In this document: positions 36,117 through 45,618 of the stretch, piece after piece | How the letters are laid out: the number at the start of each line of letters is the position of its first letter | Numbering within the stretch: position 1 is the stretch's first letter | DNA from: Gammaproteobacteria bacterium | Lineage (GTDB): Bacteria > Pseudomonadota > Gammaproteobacteria > Steroidobacterales > Steroidobacteraceae | Assembly: GCA_028293765.1 (NCBI GenBank) | Contig: JAQGOG010000045.1 | Span: forward strand, 22,856 to 86,855 | Direction of reading: 5' to 3' | DNA length: 64,000 bases | Translations under genes and position numbers: made by a program | Notes under the pieces: generated by a model | Databases searched by the model: none | What the model saw: only the letters and a program-made list of their open reading frames with translations | What the model was told of the DNA's origin: nothing

Positions 36117-37115
36117 CTAGCCCCGGGATAGCGGCGGATCGTCGATGGTCTCGATCTGTTCGCGCAAATCCCCGAGATAGCCCTCCCAGTACCTCTGCTC
36201 TCCCAACCAGGGAAAAGCGCGCGGAAACGCCGGATCGAGCCACCGATGCGAGACCCACGCTGCGTGATGCAGCATGCGCAGGGCACGTAACGGCTCAATG
36301 AGACGGACCTCCCGGAAGTCGAAATCGGCGAACTGCTGGTAGCCCTCCAGCAGCTCGCTCCATTGCCGCTGCTGTTCCGAGCCGGATCCCGCCAGCATCA
36401 TCCACAGGTCCTGCACGCGCGGACCCATCGCGCAGTCGTCGAGGTCTACCAGCACCGGCCCCCGCGCGTTCCACAGCAAATTGCCCATGTGACAGTCGCC
36501 GTGAATACGGATGGCGCGCACCCCGTCGTTCTCCTGGAATGCCTGGTCCACCCGCTCCAGCAACGCTTCGCTCACGGACCCATAGCGATCGCGAAGCGGC
36601 TCCGGCAGCAGCTCACCGGCCAACACCTGCTCCTGGGCATCCCAACCGAGGCGCTGGATGTCGACCCTCGGCCGCACCTGAAACGGCCGCAGGGCGCCGA
36701 TCTGATGAATCCGCCCCAGTGTCCTGCCGAAGATCTGCCGGGCTTCCGGCGCGTCGAGCTCCGGGGCTCGTCCCACCATCCACGGGAAGGCGGCGAAGCG
36801 GAATTCGTGGTACTTGAACAAGGTGCGTCCGTCGACTTCCACCGGTGCGGCCACAGGCAGCTCGGCCGCCGCCAGTTCCGCGGTAAAACGGTGTTCCTCG
36901 TCGATTTGCTCATCGGTCCAGCGGGCGGGCCGGTAGAACTTCAGGACCCGCATTCCTGCGGGACTGCCGAGCTGGTAGACCCGATTCTCGTAGCTGTTCA
37001 GGGCAAACAGGCGCCCGTCAACCTCCAGCCCCACGGAAGCCGCCGCGTCGAGCACCACTTCGGGTGTGAGGCCGGTGAAAGGCTTCACATCGGTGCCGCT
37101 GCTTTTGTTTATCAT
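36117..37115 (-). CDS. srkA: Stress-response Ser/Thr kinase SrkA (YihE/RdoA; aminoglycoside-phosphotransferase fold)
   Basis: 332 aa from ATG 37115. LNSYENRVYQL and IHGDCHMGNLLW are colinear with E. coli YihE as remembered. Confidence 0.85.
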   Translation of the reverse strand: MINKSSGTDVKPFTGLTPEVVLDAAASVGLEVDGRLFALNSYENRVYQLGSPAGMRVLKFYRPARWTDEQIDEEHRFTAELAAAELPVAAPVEVDGRTLFKYHEFRFAAFPWMVGRAPELDAPEARQIFGRTLGRIHQIGALRPFQVRPRVDIQRLGWDAQEQVLAGELLPEPLRDRYGSVSEALLERVDQAFQENDGVRAIRIHGDCHMGNLLWNARGPVLVDLDDCAMGPRVQDLWMMLAGSGSEQQRQWSELLEGYQQFADFDFREVRLIEPLRALRMLHHAAWVSHRWLDPAFPRAFPWLGEQRYWEGYLGDLREQIETIDDPPLSRG

Positions 37116-37143
37116 CGCGTCGTCTTCACCGCAGAGATCTCCC

Positions 37144-38136
37144 ATGAATCGCGCCACCATATTAGTCACAGGCGGGGCGGGCTACATCGGTAGCCACGTC
37201 GTGCTACAACTGCGCGCGCGAGGCGAGCGGGTCGTGGTCCTGGATGATCTCTCGCGAGGCTTCCGGCAGGCGGTGCTCGACACGCCACTCGTCGTCGGCA
37301 AGGTCGGCGACCGGGAAAAAGTGCTCGAGGTCCTGCGCACGCATGGCGTCGACACCGTGATGCACTTCGCCGCCTATACCATCGTCCCGGAGTCGGTCAG
37401 CGAACCCCTCAAATACTACGGCAACAACACCTGCTCCACTCGCAATCTCGTGGAATGCTGTGTCGAGGCCGGGGTCCGTAATTTCGTATTTTCGTCCACA
37501 GCCGCCGTCTACGGGATGCCAGCAGACGGGGTCGCCGCCGAAAGCACAGCCACCGCTCCGATCAATCCCTATGGGACCTCGAAGCTCATGTCGGAATGGA
37601 TGCTGCGCGATACCGCCGCCGCTTCCTCCATGAAATACGTGGCCCTACGTTATTTCAATGTCGCCGGGTCGGATACCGAGTGCCGCGTGGGACAAGCTAC
37701 GCCCAAAGCGACACTGCTGGTGAAAGTCGCCTGCGAGGCCGCGGTCGGCAAACGGACCCACATCTCGATCTTCGGCACGGACTATCCGACACCCGACGGC
37801 ACCGGCATCCGGGACTACATCCACGTCGAGGACCTCGCTACGGCCCATCTCGATGCGCTGGACTATCTGCGCGTAGACGGCGCCTCCACCGTTCTGAACG
37901 TAGGCTATGGCCACGGCTACAGCGTGAGGCAGGTCATTGAAAGCGTCGAACGGGTGGCCGGGAAGCGGCTGACCGTCCGAGAAGAGCCCAGGCGCGCCGG
38001 CGACCCCCCCGCCCTCGTGGCGAGCGCCGACCGCATCCGCGCCGAGCTCGGCTGGAAGCCGAAGCTCGACGACCTCGACACGATCGTCAACACGGCCCTC
38101 AAGTGGGAGCAGCGGCTTCTGCAGAACCCGTGGTGA
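37144..38136 (+). CDS. galE: UDP-glucose 4-epimerase
   Basis: 330 aa from ATG 37144. VTGGAGYIGSHVV, YGTSK, and RDYIHVEDLATAH. Confidence 0.9.
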   Translation: MNRATILVTGGAGYIGSHVVLQLRARGERVVVLDDLSRGFRQAVLDTPLVVGKVGDREKVLEVLRTHGVDTVMHFAAYTIVPESVSEPLKYYGNNTCSTRNLVECCVEAGVRNFVFSSTAAVYGMPADGVAAESTATAPINPYGTSKLMSEWMLRDTAAASSMKYVALRYFNVAGSDTECRVGQATPKATLLVKVACEAAVGKRTHISIFGTDYPTPDGTGIRDYIHVEDLATAHLDALDYLRVDGASTVLNVGYGHGYSVRQVIESVERVAGKRLTVREEPRRAGDPPALVASADRIRAELGWKPKLDDLDTIVNTALKWEQRLLQNPW

Positions 38137-38151
38137 CGTTCGCGCGGTAGA

Positions 38152-39648
38152 ATGCGCTCCATGCATTGGGCACGCCCCAAGTCATTGAGCGGATTGATGC
38201 TCCTAGGCCTGGCGCTGATCGCCGTGCCGCTGCTGGTCGCCATCCTTACCGCCGCGCTGCAGATCCGCTCCCTGGCCGATACCGGCCAGAAAATCGTCGT
38301 GGAAGGCGTCAACGCGGCTCGCGCGAGCCAGGACCTCTTCAGCCAGATTGCCTCACTGGAGCGCACCGCTCGCCTCTATGACGTGCTCAATGACCCCAAC
38401 CTGCTCGAGCTCTATCGCCGTCAGGATGCACGCCTCACCGCCACCCGCGACCAGCTCGACCTGCATGCCGCGGGTGAGGCGCGAACCACGCTCGGACAAT
38501 TGGGCGAGCTGCAAAAGTCCATTCGTCTCATGGTCCTGTCCATGCCCGCGGGGACCGGCGCGGTCAACATGTCAGCCCTCTCCCGGCACTTCACGGAACT
38601 CAGCGGCCTCGTCGACAAAGTCGCGACTCAGAGCAACGCGCAGATCGACTCTGAAGTGGCAGCCTTGGAGGAACAGACCCAGCGCGCCCGCAGGCGCCTG
38701 CTCTGGCAGGCCGCGTTGCTCGTACCGCTTACCATCGTGGCCATCTTCGCCCTCACCGTCGCGGTCGGCCGCCCGCTGCGGCAACTCGACCGCGCTATCA
38801 GCGAGCTAGGCCAGGGGACCTTTTCGAACCAGATCGCGGTCTCGGGACCCCACGATCTCGAGCGCCTGGGCGGCCAGCTTGAATGGCTACGCCAGCGCCT
38901 GCTGGACCTGGCGCATGAACGCAACCGGTTTCTGAGACACATGTCGCATGAACTGAAAACACCGCTCGCCAACATCAGGGAAGGCACGGAGCTTCTGATG
39001 GACGGTGCCGTGGGCGAGCTCGACTCCAACCAGCGCGAGGTGGCCGCCATCCTGCGCGAGAACGGAATCAAACTGCAACGCATGATTGAAAACCTGTTGT
39101 CCTTCAGTGCCTGGCAAACTTCGAGCATCGGTCTCGACTCGAGCGAATTCCGCCTGCGCCCCGTAGTCAAGCAAGTGCTGGAGAACCAGCAGCTCACCCT
39201 GCTGTCGCAACGCGTGCGCCTCGACGTGCGCGTCGAGGACGTCACCCTCGTTGCCGATCGAAGCAAGATCCGCCTCATTCTCGAGAACCTGGTGTCCAAC
39301 GCCGTCAAATACTCGCCCAAGGGAGGCACCATTCACCTGAAGGCGCGCACCTCCGGGTCGCAATTCGTGCTGGACGTCGCCGACAACGGGCCTGGCGTGC
39401 CTCCGGAGGACCGGGAGCACGTCTTCGAAGCCTTCTATACCGGACGCGCCGCCAAGAGCACGGCCGTGAAGGGCACCGGCATCGGCCTGTCGGTCGTCCT
39501 GGAGTTTGTTTCCGCGCACGGCGGCACGATAGAGATCATCGACGGCGAGTACCCCGGTGCGCATTTCCGCATCACCATGCCGATGAACGCCGCAAGCGGC
39601 GATCGGCCGCAGGGATTCGAAGACAAGGCGCAAGCGCATGCCGCGTGA
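38152..39648 (+). CDS. glrK: Sensor histidine kinase GlrK/QseE-like (TM-periplasmic-TM-HAMP-HisKA-HATPase)
   Basis: 498 aa. H-box FLRHMSHELKTPLANI. N/G boxes NLVSNAVKYSP and GTGIGLSVV. The N-terminal region is colinear with E. coli GlrK as remembered. It is followed by qseG-like and glrR-like genes. Confidence 0.8.
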   Translation: MRSMHWARPKSLSGLMLLGLALIAVPLLVAILTAALQIRSLADTGQKIVVEGVNAARASQDLFSQIASLERTARLYDVLNDPNLLELYRRQDARLTATRDQLDLHAAGEARTTLGQLGELQKSIRLMVLSMPAGTGAVNMSALSRHFTELSGLVDKVATQSNAQIDSEVAALEEQTQRARRRLLWQAALLVPLTIVAIFALTVAVGRPLRQLDRAISELGQGTFSNQIAVSGPHDLERLGGQLEWLRQRLLDLAHERNRFLRHMSHELKTPLANIREGTELLMDGAVGELDSNQREVAAILRENGIKLQRMIENLLSFSAWQTSSIGLDSSEFRLRPVVKQVLENQQLTLLSQRVRLDVRVEDVTLVADRSKIRLILENLVSNAVKYSPKGGTIHLKARTSGSQFVLDVADNGPGVPPEDREHVFEAFYTGRAAKSTAVKGTGIGLSVVLEFVSAHGGTIEIIDGEYPGAHFRITMPMNAASGDRPQGFEDKAQAHAA

Positions 39649-40288
39649 ACCTGTTGGGGCGCGCGGTCCTGCGCTGATCGTCACGCTCGTGGCCACGCTG
39701 TTGGTGTCTGCCTGCGCGACCGACCTCTTTCCGCGCGAACACCCGACTCAGAGCACTCCGCCGGTCGTCAACAAGGCGGCCGCCACTTCCACGGCGCTGA
39801 CGGACGATCTGCAACTTCTGCAGAAGTTGGTGCAGGGCACTCCCTCCGAGCAGGCGGAGATCGGCGCCGCCGCCCAGCGCGACTACGAGACGGCCCCAAC
39901 CCCGAGCCGGCAGCTGCGTTTTGCCCTGATCCTGGCGACGCCCGGCCATCCGGGAACCGATCTGCCGCGGGCACAACGGCTGCTGCGTGAGCTTATGGCA
40001 AACCCTGAGATGCTCATGGCCAGCGAGCGGGCCCTGGCGTTCCTGGAACTGCAGCAAATCGACGACCATTTGACGCTGGAGGCAGAAAATCGCAGGCTGC
40101 AGTCTGACGCTGTACGCGCTGACAAGGAGCGCCTGGCAACCGTGAATCGCCGTCTCCAACTGGAGACAGATGAAAACACACGGCTGCGCCGGGACCTCGA
40201 GGAGGCGCGCGCGAAGCTCGATGCCATAGCCAACATCGAGCGGTCGTTGAACGAGCGCAAACCCAGCAACGAAGGACGCCCAAAGTGA
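39638..40288 (+). CDS. qseG: QseG/YfhG-like lipoprotein of the GlrK-GlrR system
   Basis: 216 aa with lipobox LLVSAC. The C-terminal coiled-coil LDAIANIERSLNERKP matches E. coli YfhG ...LENLTDIERQLSTRKP. It overlaps glrK by 11 nt and glrR by 4 nt. Confidence 0.7.
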   Translation: MPREPVGARGPALIVTLVATLLVSACATDLFPREHPTQSTPPVVNKAAATSTALTDDLQLLQKLVQGTPSEQAEIGAAAQRDYETAPTPSRQLRFALILATPGHPGTDLPRAQRLLRELMANPEMLMASERALAFLELQQIDDHLTLEAENRRLQSDAVRADKERLATVNRRLQLETDENTRLRRDLEEARAKLDAIANIERSLNERKPSNEGRPK

Positions 40289-41685
40289 ATATTCCCGCGA
40301 GCATGTTGCTACCCGAGCAGCGAAGGACGACGACCTTGAACCAGATCGGAAAGCGCAAAGCGCGAATTCTCGTGGTCGACGATGACCCCGGACTCCTGCG
40401 GCTGCTGACGATCCGCCTGCGCGCGGAGAGTTATGACGTCGAGGCGGTTGAAAGCGGTGTCCTGGCGCTCGCGGCAGCCAGCCGATTCCGGCCGGACCTG
40501 GTCATCACCGATCTGCGCATGGACCACATGGACGGCATCGGGCTCCTCAAGGAGCTGCAGAACCGCTGGCCGGGCCTGAAGGTGATCATCCTCACCGCCC
40601 ACGGCACCATCCCCGACGCCGTACAAGCCACCCAGATGGGCGCCTTCGGCTTCCTGACGAAGCCCGTCGACAAGCAGGAGCTTCTCGACCAGGTGCAAAA
40701 AGCCCTGCGCATCTCCGGCTTCGGCGCCTCCGATGAAGACTGGCGCTCCGAGATCGTCACGCGCAGCTCCGCCATGGAAGAGAAGCTCGCCCAGGCGCAC
40801 ATGGTCGCCGGCACCGACGCCCGCGTCCTCATCACCGGCGAAAGCGGCACCGGCAAGGAGCTCCTCGCCCGCGCCATCCACAAAGCCAGCCCTCGCAAGA
40901 ACAAGCCTTTCGTCGCCATCAACTGCAGCGCCATGGCCGAAAACCTCCTCGAGTCCGAGCTCTTCGGCCACGAGAAAGGCTCTTTCACCGGCGCCACCCG
41001 CGCCCACCGCGGCCTGTTCATGGCCGCCGACGGCGGCACCCTGATGCTCGACGAAATCGGCGACATGCCGATGCGCCTGCAGGTAAAACTGCTGCGCGTC
41101 CTGCAAGAGAACGTAATCCGCCCAGTGGGTAGCACCGACGCAATCCCGGTGAACGTGCGCGTAATCTCCGCCACCCACCGCGACCTGCAAAGCCTGATGA
41201 GCGCCGCGCAGTTCCGCGAAGACCTGTACTACCGCCTGAACGTAGTACACATCGAGATGCCGCCCCTGAACCGGCGCCGCGAAGACATCCCGCTGTTAGT
41301 GGCTCATTTCCTCGCTCTGATCGCGAAAGAAAGCGGTGTCCGCAAAATCTACGCCCCCGAAGCTGTCGAGTTGCTCGCCACCGCCGACTGGCCAGGCAAC
41401 ATCCGCCAACTCCAAAACGTAGTCCGCCAAAACGTCGCTCTATCCCAGACCCCGATCATCCCGGTCGAGCTCGTGCAACAGTCCTTGGGCGGCGGTCCCG
41501 GCCGGCTGCCTTCTTTCGACGAGGCTCGCGACGAGTTCACGCGCAGCTACCTCTCCCAAATCCTCCAGATCACGGGAGGCAACGTAAGCCAGGCCGCGCG
41601 GTTGGCGAAGCGCAATCGCACCGACTTTTACAAGTTACTCGCCCGGCACCAGCTAACACCCGAGGAATTCAAGCAGCGCCAGTAG
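40285..41685 (+). CDS. glrR: Sigma-54-dependent response regulator GlrR/QseF-like (REC-AAA+-HTH)
   Basis: ILVVDDDPGLLRLL, TDLRMDHMDG, GESGTGKE, GAFTGA-type ESELFGHEKGSFTGA and NVSQAARLAKRNRTDFYKLL. Near-colinear with E. coli GlrR as remembered. GTG 40285 overlaps the qseG stop (GTGA). ATG 40303 is an alternative start. Confidence 0.9.
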   Translation: MNIPASMLLPEQRRTTTLNQIGKRKARILVVDDDPGLLRLLTIRLRAESYDVEAVESGVLALAAASRFRPDLVITDLRMDHMDGIGLLKELQNRWPGLKVIILTAHGTIPDAVQATQMGAFGFLTKPVDKQELLDQVQKALRISGFGASDEDWRSEIVTRSSAMEEKLAQAHMVAGTDARVLITGESGTGKELLARAIHKASPRKNKPFVAINCSAMAENLLESELFGHEKGSFTGATRAHRGLFMAADGGTLMLDEIGDMPMRLQVKLLRVLQENVIRPVGSTDAIPVNVRVISATHRDLQSLMSAAQFREDLYYRLNVVHIEMPPLNRRREDIPLLVAHFLALIAKESGVRKIYAPEAVELLATADWPGNIRQLQNVVRQNVALSQTPIIPVELVQQSLGGGPGRLPSFDEARDEFTRSYLSQILQITGGNVSQAARLAKRNRTDFYKLLARHQLTPEEFKQRQ

Positions 41686-41701
41686 TCGCGCCACCAGGGT
41701 A

Positions 41702-41732
41702 GGCAGCGCGCGCGTTCGGCCCGCGCGCTGCC
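41702..41732. terminator. Perfect 11-bp-stem GC hairpin between convergent glrR and the SDR gene
   Basis: GGCAGCGCGCG-cgttcggcc-CGCGCGCTGCC lies 17 nt after the glrR stop and 39 nt after the SDR gene stop. There is no U-tract on either side. Confidence 0.5.
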
Positions 41733-41770
41733 GGATACGGGGACGTCGTGATGTCGTGACCGGGTAGTCG

Positions 41771-42868
41771 TTACAACACTCCGATCCCCCGATACCATGT
41801 GGCCAGCCTCCCCAGCCCTTCTTCAAGGTCGACGCGCGGCGCGTAGCCCAGTTCCCTGCGCGCCTTCTCCGAAGAAAACCCTCTATTCCGGGTGAAGAAC
41901 GCCACCCTGCGCGGATACAGCGGCGGATCGATTCCGAACGGCCGACACACGGACTCCGTGATCCTCGCCGCCACCATCACCGGCCCCAACGGGATCCTCC
42001 CCCTGGGCACCCCCACCCCCAGCACGCGCGCCGTAGCGCTCACCAACTCATTGAGGTCCGTATACCGCGGCCCAGCCAGTATGTAGGTCTGCCCCACGGC
42101 AGCCGCACTCCCCGCCGCCAACAGTATTCCCTCCACCACATCATCCACAAACGTGAGGTGCTGCACCGTCCCCCCACTCCCAATCATCCGAAACGTCCCA
42201 TTCTTCACCGACCGAAACAACTTCAGAAAGCGCATCTCCCCCGGCCCGTAAATCCCGACAGGCCGAACGATAGTCCCGGCCAACCCACGCGCAAACTGCT
42301 CCCGCACACGCTCTTCGGCACCAAGCTTCGAACTCTCGTAGACATCCTCCGGGAGCAGCGCTACCGACTCATCCGCCGGCACAACCGCACTATCGTGCAA
42401 CGCCGCCGTACTGCAATGAACGAACCGCCTCACCCCGGCCCGCGCCGCCGCCTCGGCGACGTAGTGCGTCCCATCGACATTCACACTGCGATAAACCGCA
42501 TCGCCACACTTCCCATCCCTATGGACAGCCGCAAGATGGAAAACGAAGTCGCACCCCGCTACCGCCCTCTGAACATCCAGCGGCCTCGTCAGATCCCCTC
42601 CAACGAGCTCCACTCCGGAGTCAGCGGGGAACCGCACCTTCCCAGGCTCGCGAACCAGGGCCCGCACGTGCATACCCCGCGCCTGGAGCGCTCGCACCAG
42701 ATATCCGCCGGTAAATCCCGCTGCCCCCGTGACTAACGCTTTGCCAGCGAGCGAGAACAACGGTCCCACCCCCGGCGCTTCGAGGTCCGCGGCATCCGTT
42801 GCCACAGCCTCCCGCAACGTGCCAAGAGCAGTCGGAGCACCAACGGCCTCTCGAGGCACCGCACTCAC
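41771..42868 (-). CDS. NAD-dependent epimerase/dehydratase (extended SDR)
   Basis: 365 aa. LVTGAAGFTGGYLVRAL Rossmann motif and YESSK catalytic motif. The GTG start overlaps the upstream GT4 stop (GTGA). Confidence 0.85.
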   Translation of the reverse strand: MSAVPREAVGAPTALGTLREAVATDAADLEAPGVGPLFSLAGKALVTGAAGFTGGYLVRALQARGMHVRALVREPGKVRFPADSGVELVGGDLTRPLDVQRAVAGCDFVFHLAAVHRDGKCGDAVYRSVNVDGTHYVAEAAARAGVRRFVHCSTAALHDSAVVPADESVALLPEDVYESSKLGAEERVREQFARGLAGTIVRPVGIYGPGEMRFLKLFRSVKNGTFRMIGSGGTVQHLTFVDDVVEGILLAAGSAAAVGQTYILAGPRYTDLNELVSATARVLGVGVPRGRIPLGPVMVAARITESVCRPFGIDPPLYPRRVAFFTRNRGFSSEKARRELGYAPRVDLEEGLGRLATWYRGIGVL

Positions 42869-44055
42869 TGGCGCACCTCCTCCGCGTCCCCAGCGCGCCC
42901 CTCACGGGGCTCCAGGGTCTGATAAGCTGACCGCACTTTCTCCTCAAACGCGTCGATCGAATAGTGCTCGATCGCCCGCCGCCGCGCCGCCGCTCCCAGA
43001 CGCGCACGCAAACCGGGATCCCCCGAGATGTGCAGGAGTCCCTGCGCGAGCCCCTCGGGTCCGGTGTCGACCAGATGGGCACACTCGTCATCCAGTACCT
43101 GCGTATGCGACCGGATGTGCGTCGCCAATATCGCAGTGCCAGACTGCATATATGAATAAATTTTCATGGGCGTGTTGTTGCCCCGCCAGCGAGGCGAAAC
43201 GAGTACATCCGCCTGCGCAAGCAAGTCAGCAAGATGTGCCAGCGGCCGTGGCCCGAGGAGCAGGACCCGCCCCTCCAATTGAAGTTTCTTCACCACTGCC
43301 CGCAGCCGCGCAATATCGCCCGGCGAGCCACCGATCAGCACCAGGGTGAGCGGCGACCCGGGCGGAATGAGAGCCATGCCGCGAACCAACTGCTCAACGC
43401 CCTGATAGCGCTGCAAGTTTCCCACGTACAACGCGAGAATCCCGCGAATGCCGAGCGATTCGCGCAATCGTTGCGCCCTGCCCGCAGCCGCTTGCGACGG
43501 CAGCGCGACATCCTCGATGAGAAACACCGGCACGCCGGGCGCCTCAGCAGACACGTGCGTGGCGATATCCGGGCAGACCGCAAATACAGCATCCACTCGC
43601 CGAATGGTGGCGCGCTCCACAGCACGCAATACGCGGGCGAGCGGCCGGAGAAGTCGCCACTTTGCGACAAGCTGGTCTCCTAACATGGAATCCATGTCAT
43701 ACACGACACGCGTGCGCGACAACGGACGCAGGAAAACCGCAGGGAATACGGACTCCTCGACCGCGTGGATCACGTCATACCGGCGTGTCAGCGCGAGCGC
43801 GAGCAATTTCCCACACAGCAGGCAATCGCAGAGCAGTTTTTGCCACGAAATCCCGATCGGAATGTTGCGCACGCCCGGAACACGCGGCGTGCGCAGAATG
43901 CGCATTCCCTCGATCTCGAGGTCCATTCCTTCGTGGTAGGTCAACACGTCGACAGCGTGACCTTGGCCGCAGAGCGTCTCCACGAGCATCCGGATCGCGA
44001 TGGGCGTTCCACGCTCCTGATAAAACGGCTGCGGCGCTACGAGCAGTATTCGCAT
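42865..44055 (-). CDS. Glycosyltransferase family 4 (GT-B)
   Basis: MRILLVAPQPFYQERGTPI... and a C-terminal EX7E-type region. The start could also be ATG 44064 (MTNMRIL). Confidence 0.85.
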   Translation of the reverse strand: MRILLVAPQPFYQERGTPIAIRMLVETLCGQGHAVDVLTYHEGMDLEIEGMRILRTPRVPGVRNIPIGISWQKLLCDCLLCGKLLALALTRRYDVIHAVEESVFPAVFLRPLSRTRVVYDMDSMLGDQLVAKWRLLRPLARVLRAVERATIRRVDAVFAVCPDIATHVSAEAPGVPVFLIEDVALPSQAAAGRAQRLRESLGIRGILALYVGNLQRYQGVEQLVRGMALIPPGSPLTLVLIGGSPGDIARLRAVVKKLQLEGRVLLLGPRPLAHLADLLAQADVLVSPRWRGNNTPMKIYSYMQSGTAILATHIRSHTQVLDDECAHLVDTGPEGLAQGLLHISGDPGLRARLGAAARRRAIEHYSIDAFEEKVRSAYQTLEPREGRAGDAEEVRQ

Positions 44056-44156
44056 ATTCGTCATCTCTCTCGAGGAGCAACCCACATTCCTGGCTGGGCA
44101 CGCGGCATGCTTTGTTACACTTGAACTCAAGCCGCAACCAAGGCGAACAGCCCGGC

Positions 44157-45614
44157 ATGGCTGCCATCGATCCTGTCTCCAATAGCGGACAACTCCGCAA
44201 AATCACGGTAAACGCAGGCGCGCTGGCACTCGGCGGTGTGATCGCGCAGGTGTGTCTCATCCTCGTTGAGGCACTCGTCGCGCGCAAGCTGGGTGGCCCC
44301 GACTACGGCGTATTCAGCACCGTCCAGGCGATCGCACTCACTTCTTTGCACTGCTTCGAATTCGGCATGGGTTGGAAGCTCATCGAGGACGGCTCGCGCG
44401 ATACGCGCACGATCGCCCCGCTTCTCGGTACGACCTTGGTCTTGAAATTCGGGCTCGCGGCGCTCGTCTACGCGGCGATGCTGTTCGGATTGCCCATGGC
44501 GGGATACGGGACCGACGTAGTGTCGTTCTTCGCGATATTCTTCGGCTATGCCGTCGCGTACGGCTTGCAGGAGTCCCTGGGTGGCGCCAATGCCGCGCGA
44601 CACCAGATGTACATCAACGCGATCTACCAGGCGGCGACCCCTGTAGCGGTACTCGCCTTCGCAGTGCTCGCAACGAGGACTTCGGCATCGCTCGCGGCAG
44701 TCGGGTGGGCGTACGTCGCGGGCGGCGCTCTCGTCACGGGCGTCTGGACCTGGCAGCTATTTCGCGCCGAGAAACCGACTCTCGACCTCAAACGCACCGC
44801 TGACATCTTCCGCGGCAGCTATCTTTATGGGATCGGCGGCTTCCTCTACCAGGCCAGTTATCGCGTGGAAGTCATGGCGCTATCGGTACTGTCAGGAATG
44901 GCCGATGTCGGGCTATTCGCAGCAGCGGATAAATTCACGGACATCGGCGTCAAAGTCGCTCTGTTAGGATCGCGCGTCACGGCGCCCCTGATGTTCAACC
45001 AGAGCCGCCACGATGTGGCCGGCTATGCGCGCAGTTGCCGCATCGTCCTGCGCGGGTCTGCGGTACTCGGCGCCGCCGGTGGCCTCGTGCTAGCAACGCT
45101 CGCCGAGCCGCTGGTCATCGGCATCTTCGGGGAGTCGTTCCGCGGGGCCGCTCTGATTCTCATCATCCTCGCACCGAGCGTCGCGTTGCGATTCTCCACC
45201 GCCGCTCTTCGCCTTGCCCTGACATCGTCGGATCAGCATGCTCACCGTGTTGGAGGTCTCGCCGCCGGAGTCGCCGCCTCTGCCTTGAGTAACGTCGCCC
45301 TGATTCCCTCGTTCGGGGTTCTCGGTGCTGCATGGGCACGCTTCGTCGGCGACGTGGTGCAGATTGCTCTGCTGCTGCGGACCCGGTCGCTACCGGTTAC
45401 GCGCTTCTCCCTGATTTCCTGGATGCTCCTGCCGCTGGTCCTCGGCGCACTCAGCTATATAGCCGCTGTGCTGGTCACAGCCAATCCCTGGCTCCAGGCG
45501 CTCCTGAGCCTGGTTGCCTTTGCCGTGGCCCTCACGGCGACCAGGTGCGTCCGCGTGTCCGAACTGCGAGAATTTGCGCGTGCCGCCCGCAACAAGCGGG
45601 TGCAAGAGGCCTGA
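44157..45614 (+). CDS. Oligosaccharide/polysaccharide flippase (Wzx-like, MOP superfamily)
   Basis: 485 aa from ATG 44157 (MAAIDPVSNSGQLRKITVNAG...). About 12-14 predicted TM helices, the typical Wzx layout. The 650-aa ORF-track version includes Arg-rich antisense of the divergent GT4 gene. Confidence 0.8.
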   Translation: MAAIDPVSNSGQLRKITVNAGALALGGVIAQVCLILVEALVARKLGGPDYGVFSTVQAIALTSLHCFEFGMGWKLIEDGSRDTRTIAPLLGTTLVLKFGLAALVYAAMLFGLPMAGYGTDVVSFFAIFFGYAVAYGLQESLGGANAARHQMYINAIYQAATPVAVLAFAVLATRTSASLAAVGWAYVAGGALVTGVWTWQLFRAEKPTLDLKRTADIFRGSYLYGIGGFLYQASYRVEVMALSVLSGMADVGLFAAADKFTDIGVKVALLGSRVTAPLMFNQSRHDVAGYARSCRIVLRGSAVLGAAGGLVLATLAEPLVIGIFGESFRGAALILIILAPSVALRFSTAALRLALTSSDQHAHRVGGLAAGVAASALSNVALIPSFGVLGAAWARFVGDVVQIALLLRTRSLPVTRFSLISWMLLPLVLGALSYIAAVLVTANPWLQALLSLVAFAVALTATRCVRVSELREFARAARNKRVQEA

Positions 45615-45618
45615 GCAG

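Noticed and set aside
38152-41685. Interpreting the kinase and sigma-54 regulator pair as the PEP-CTERM regulators PrsK/PrsR.
   Set aside because: The kinase has the GlrK layout (two TM helices, HAMP, about 500 aa), not the long polytopic PrsK layout. A QseG/YfhG-like lipoprotein sits between the two genes. The regulator is near-colinear with E. coli GlrR.
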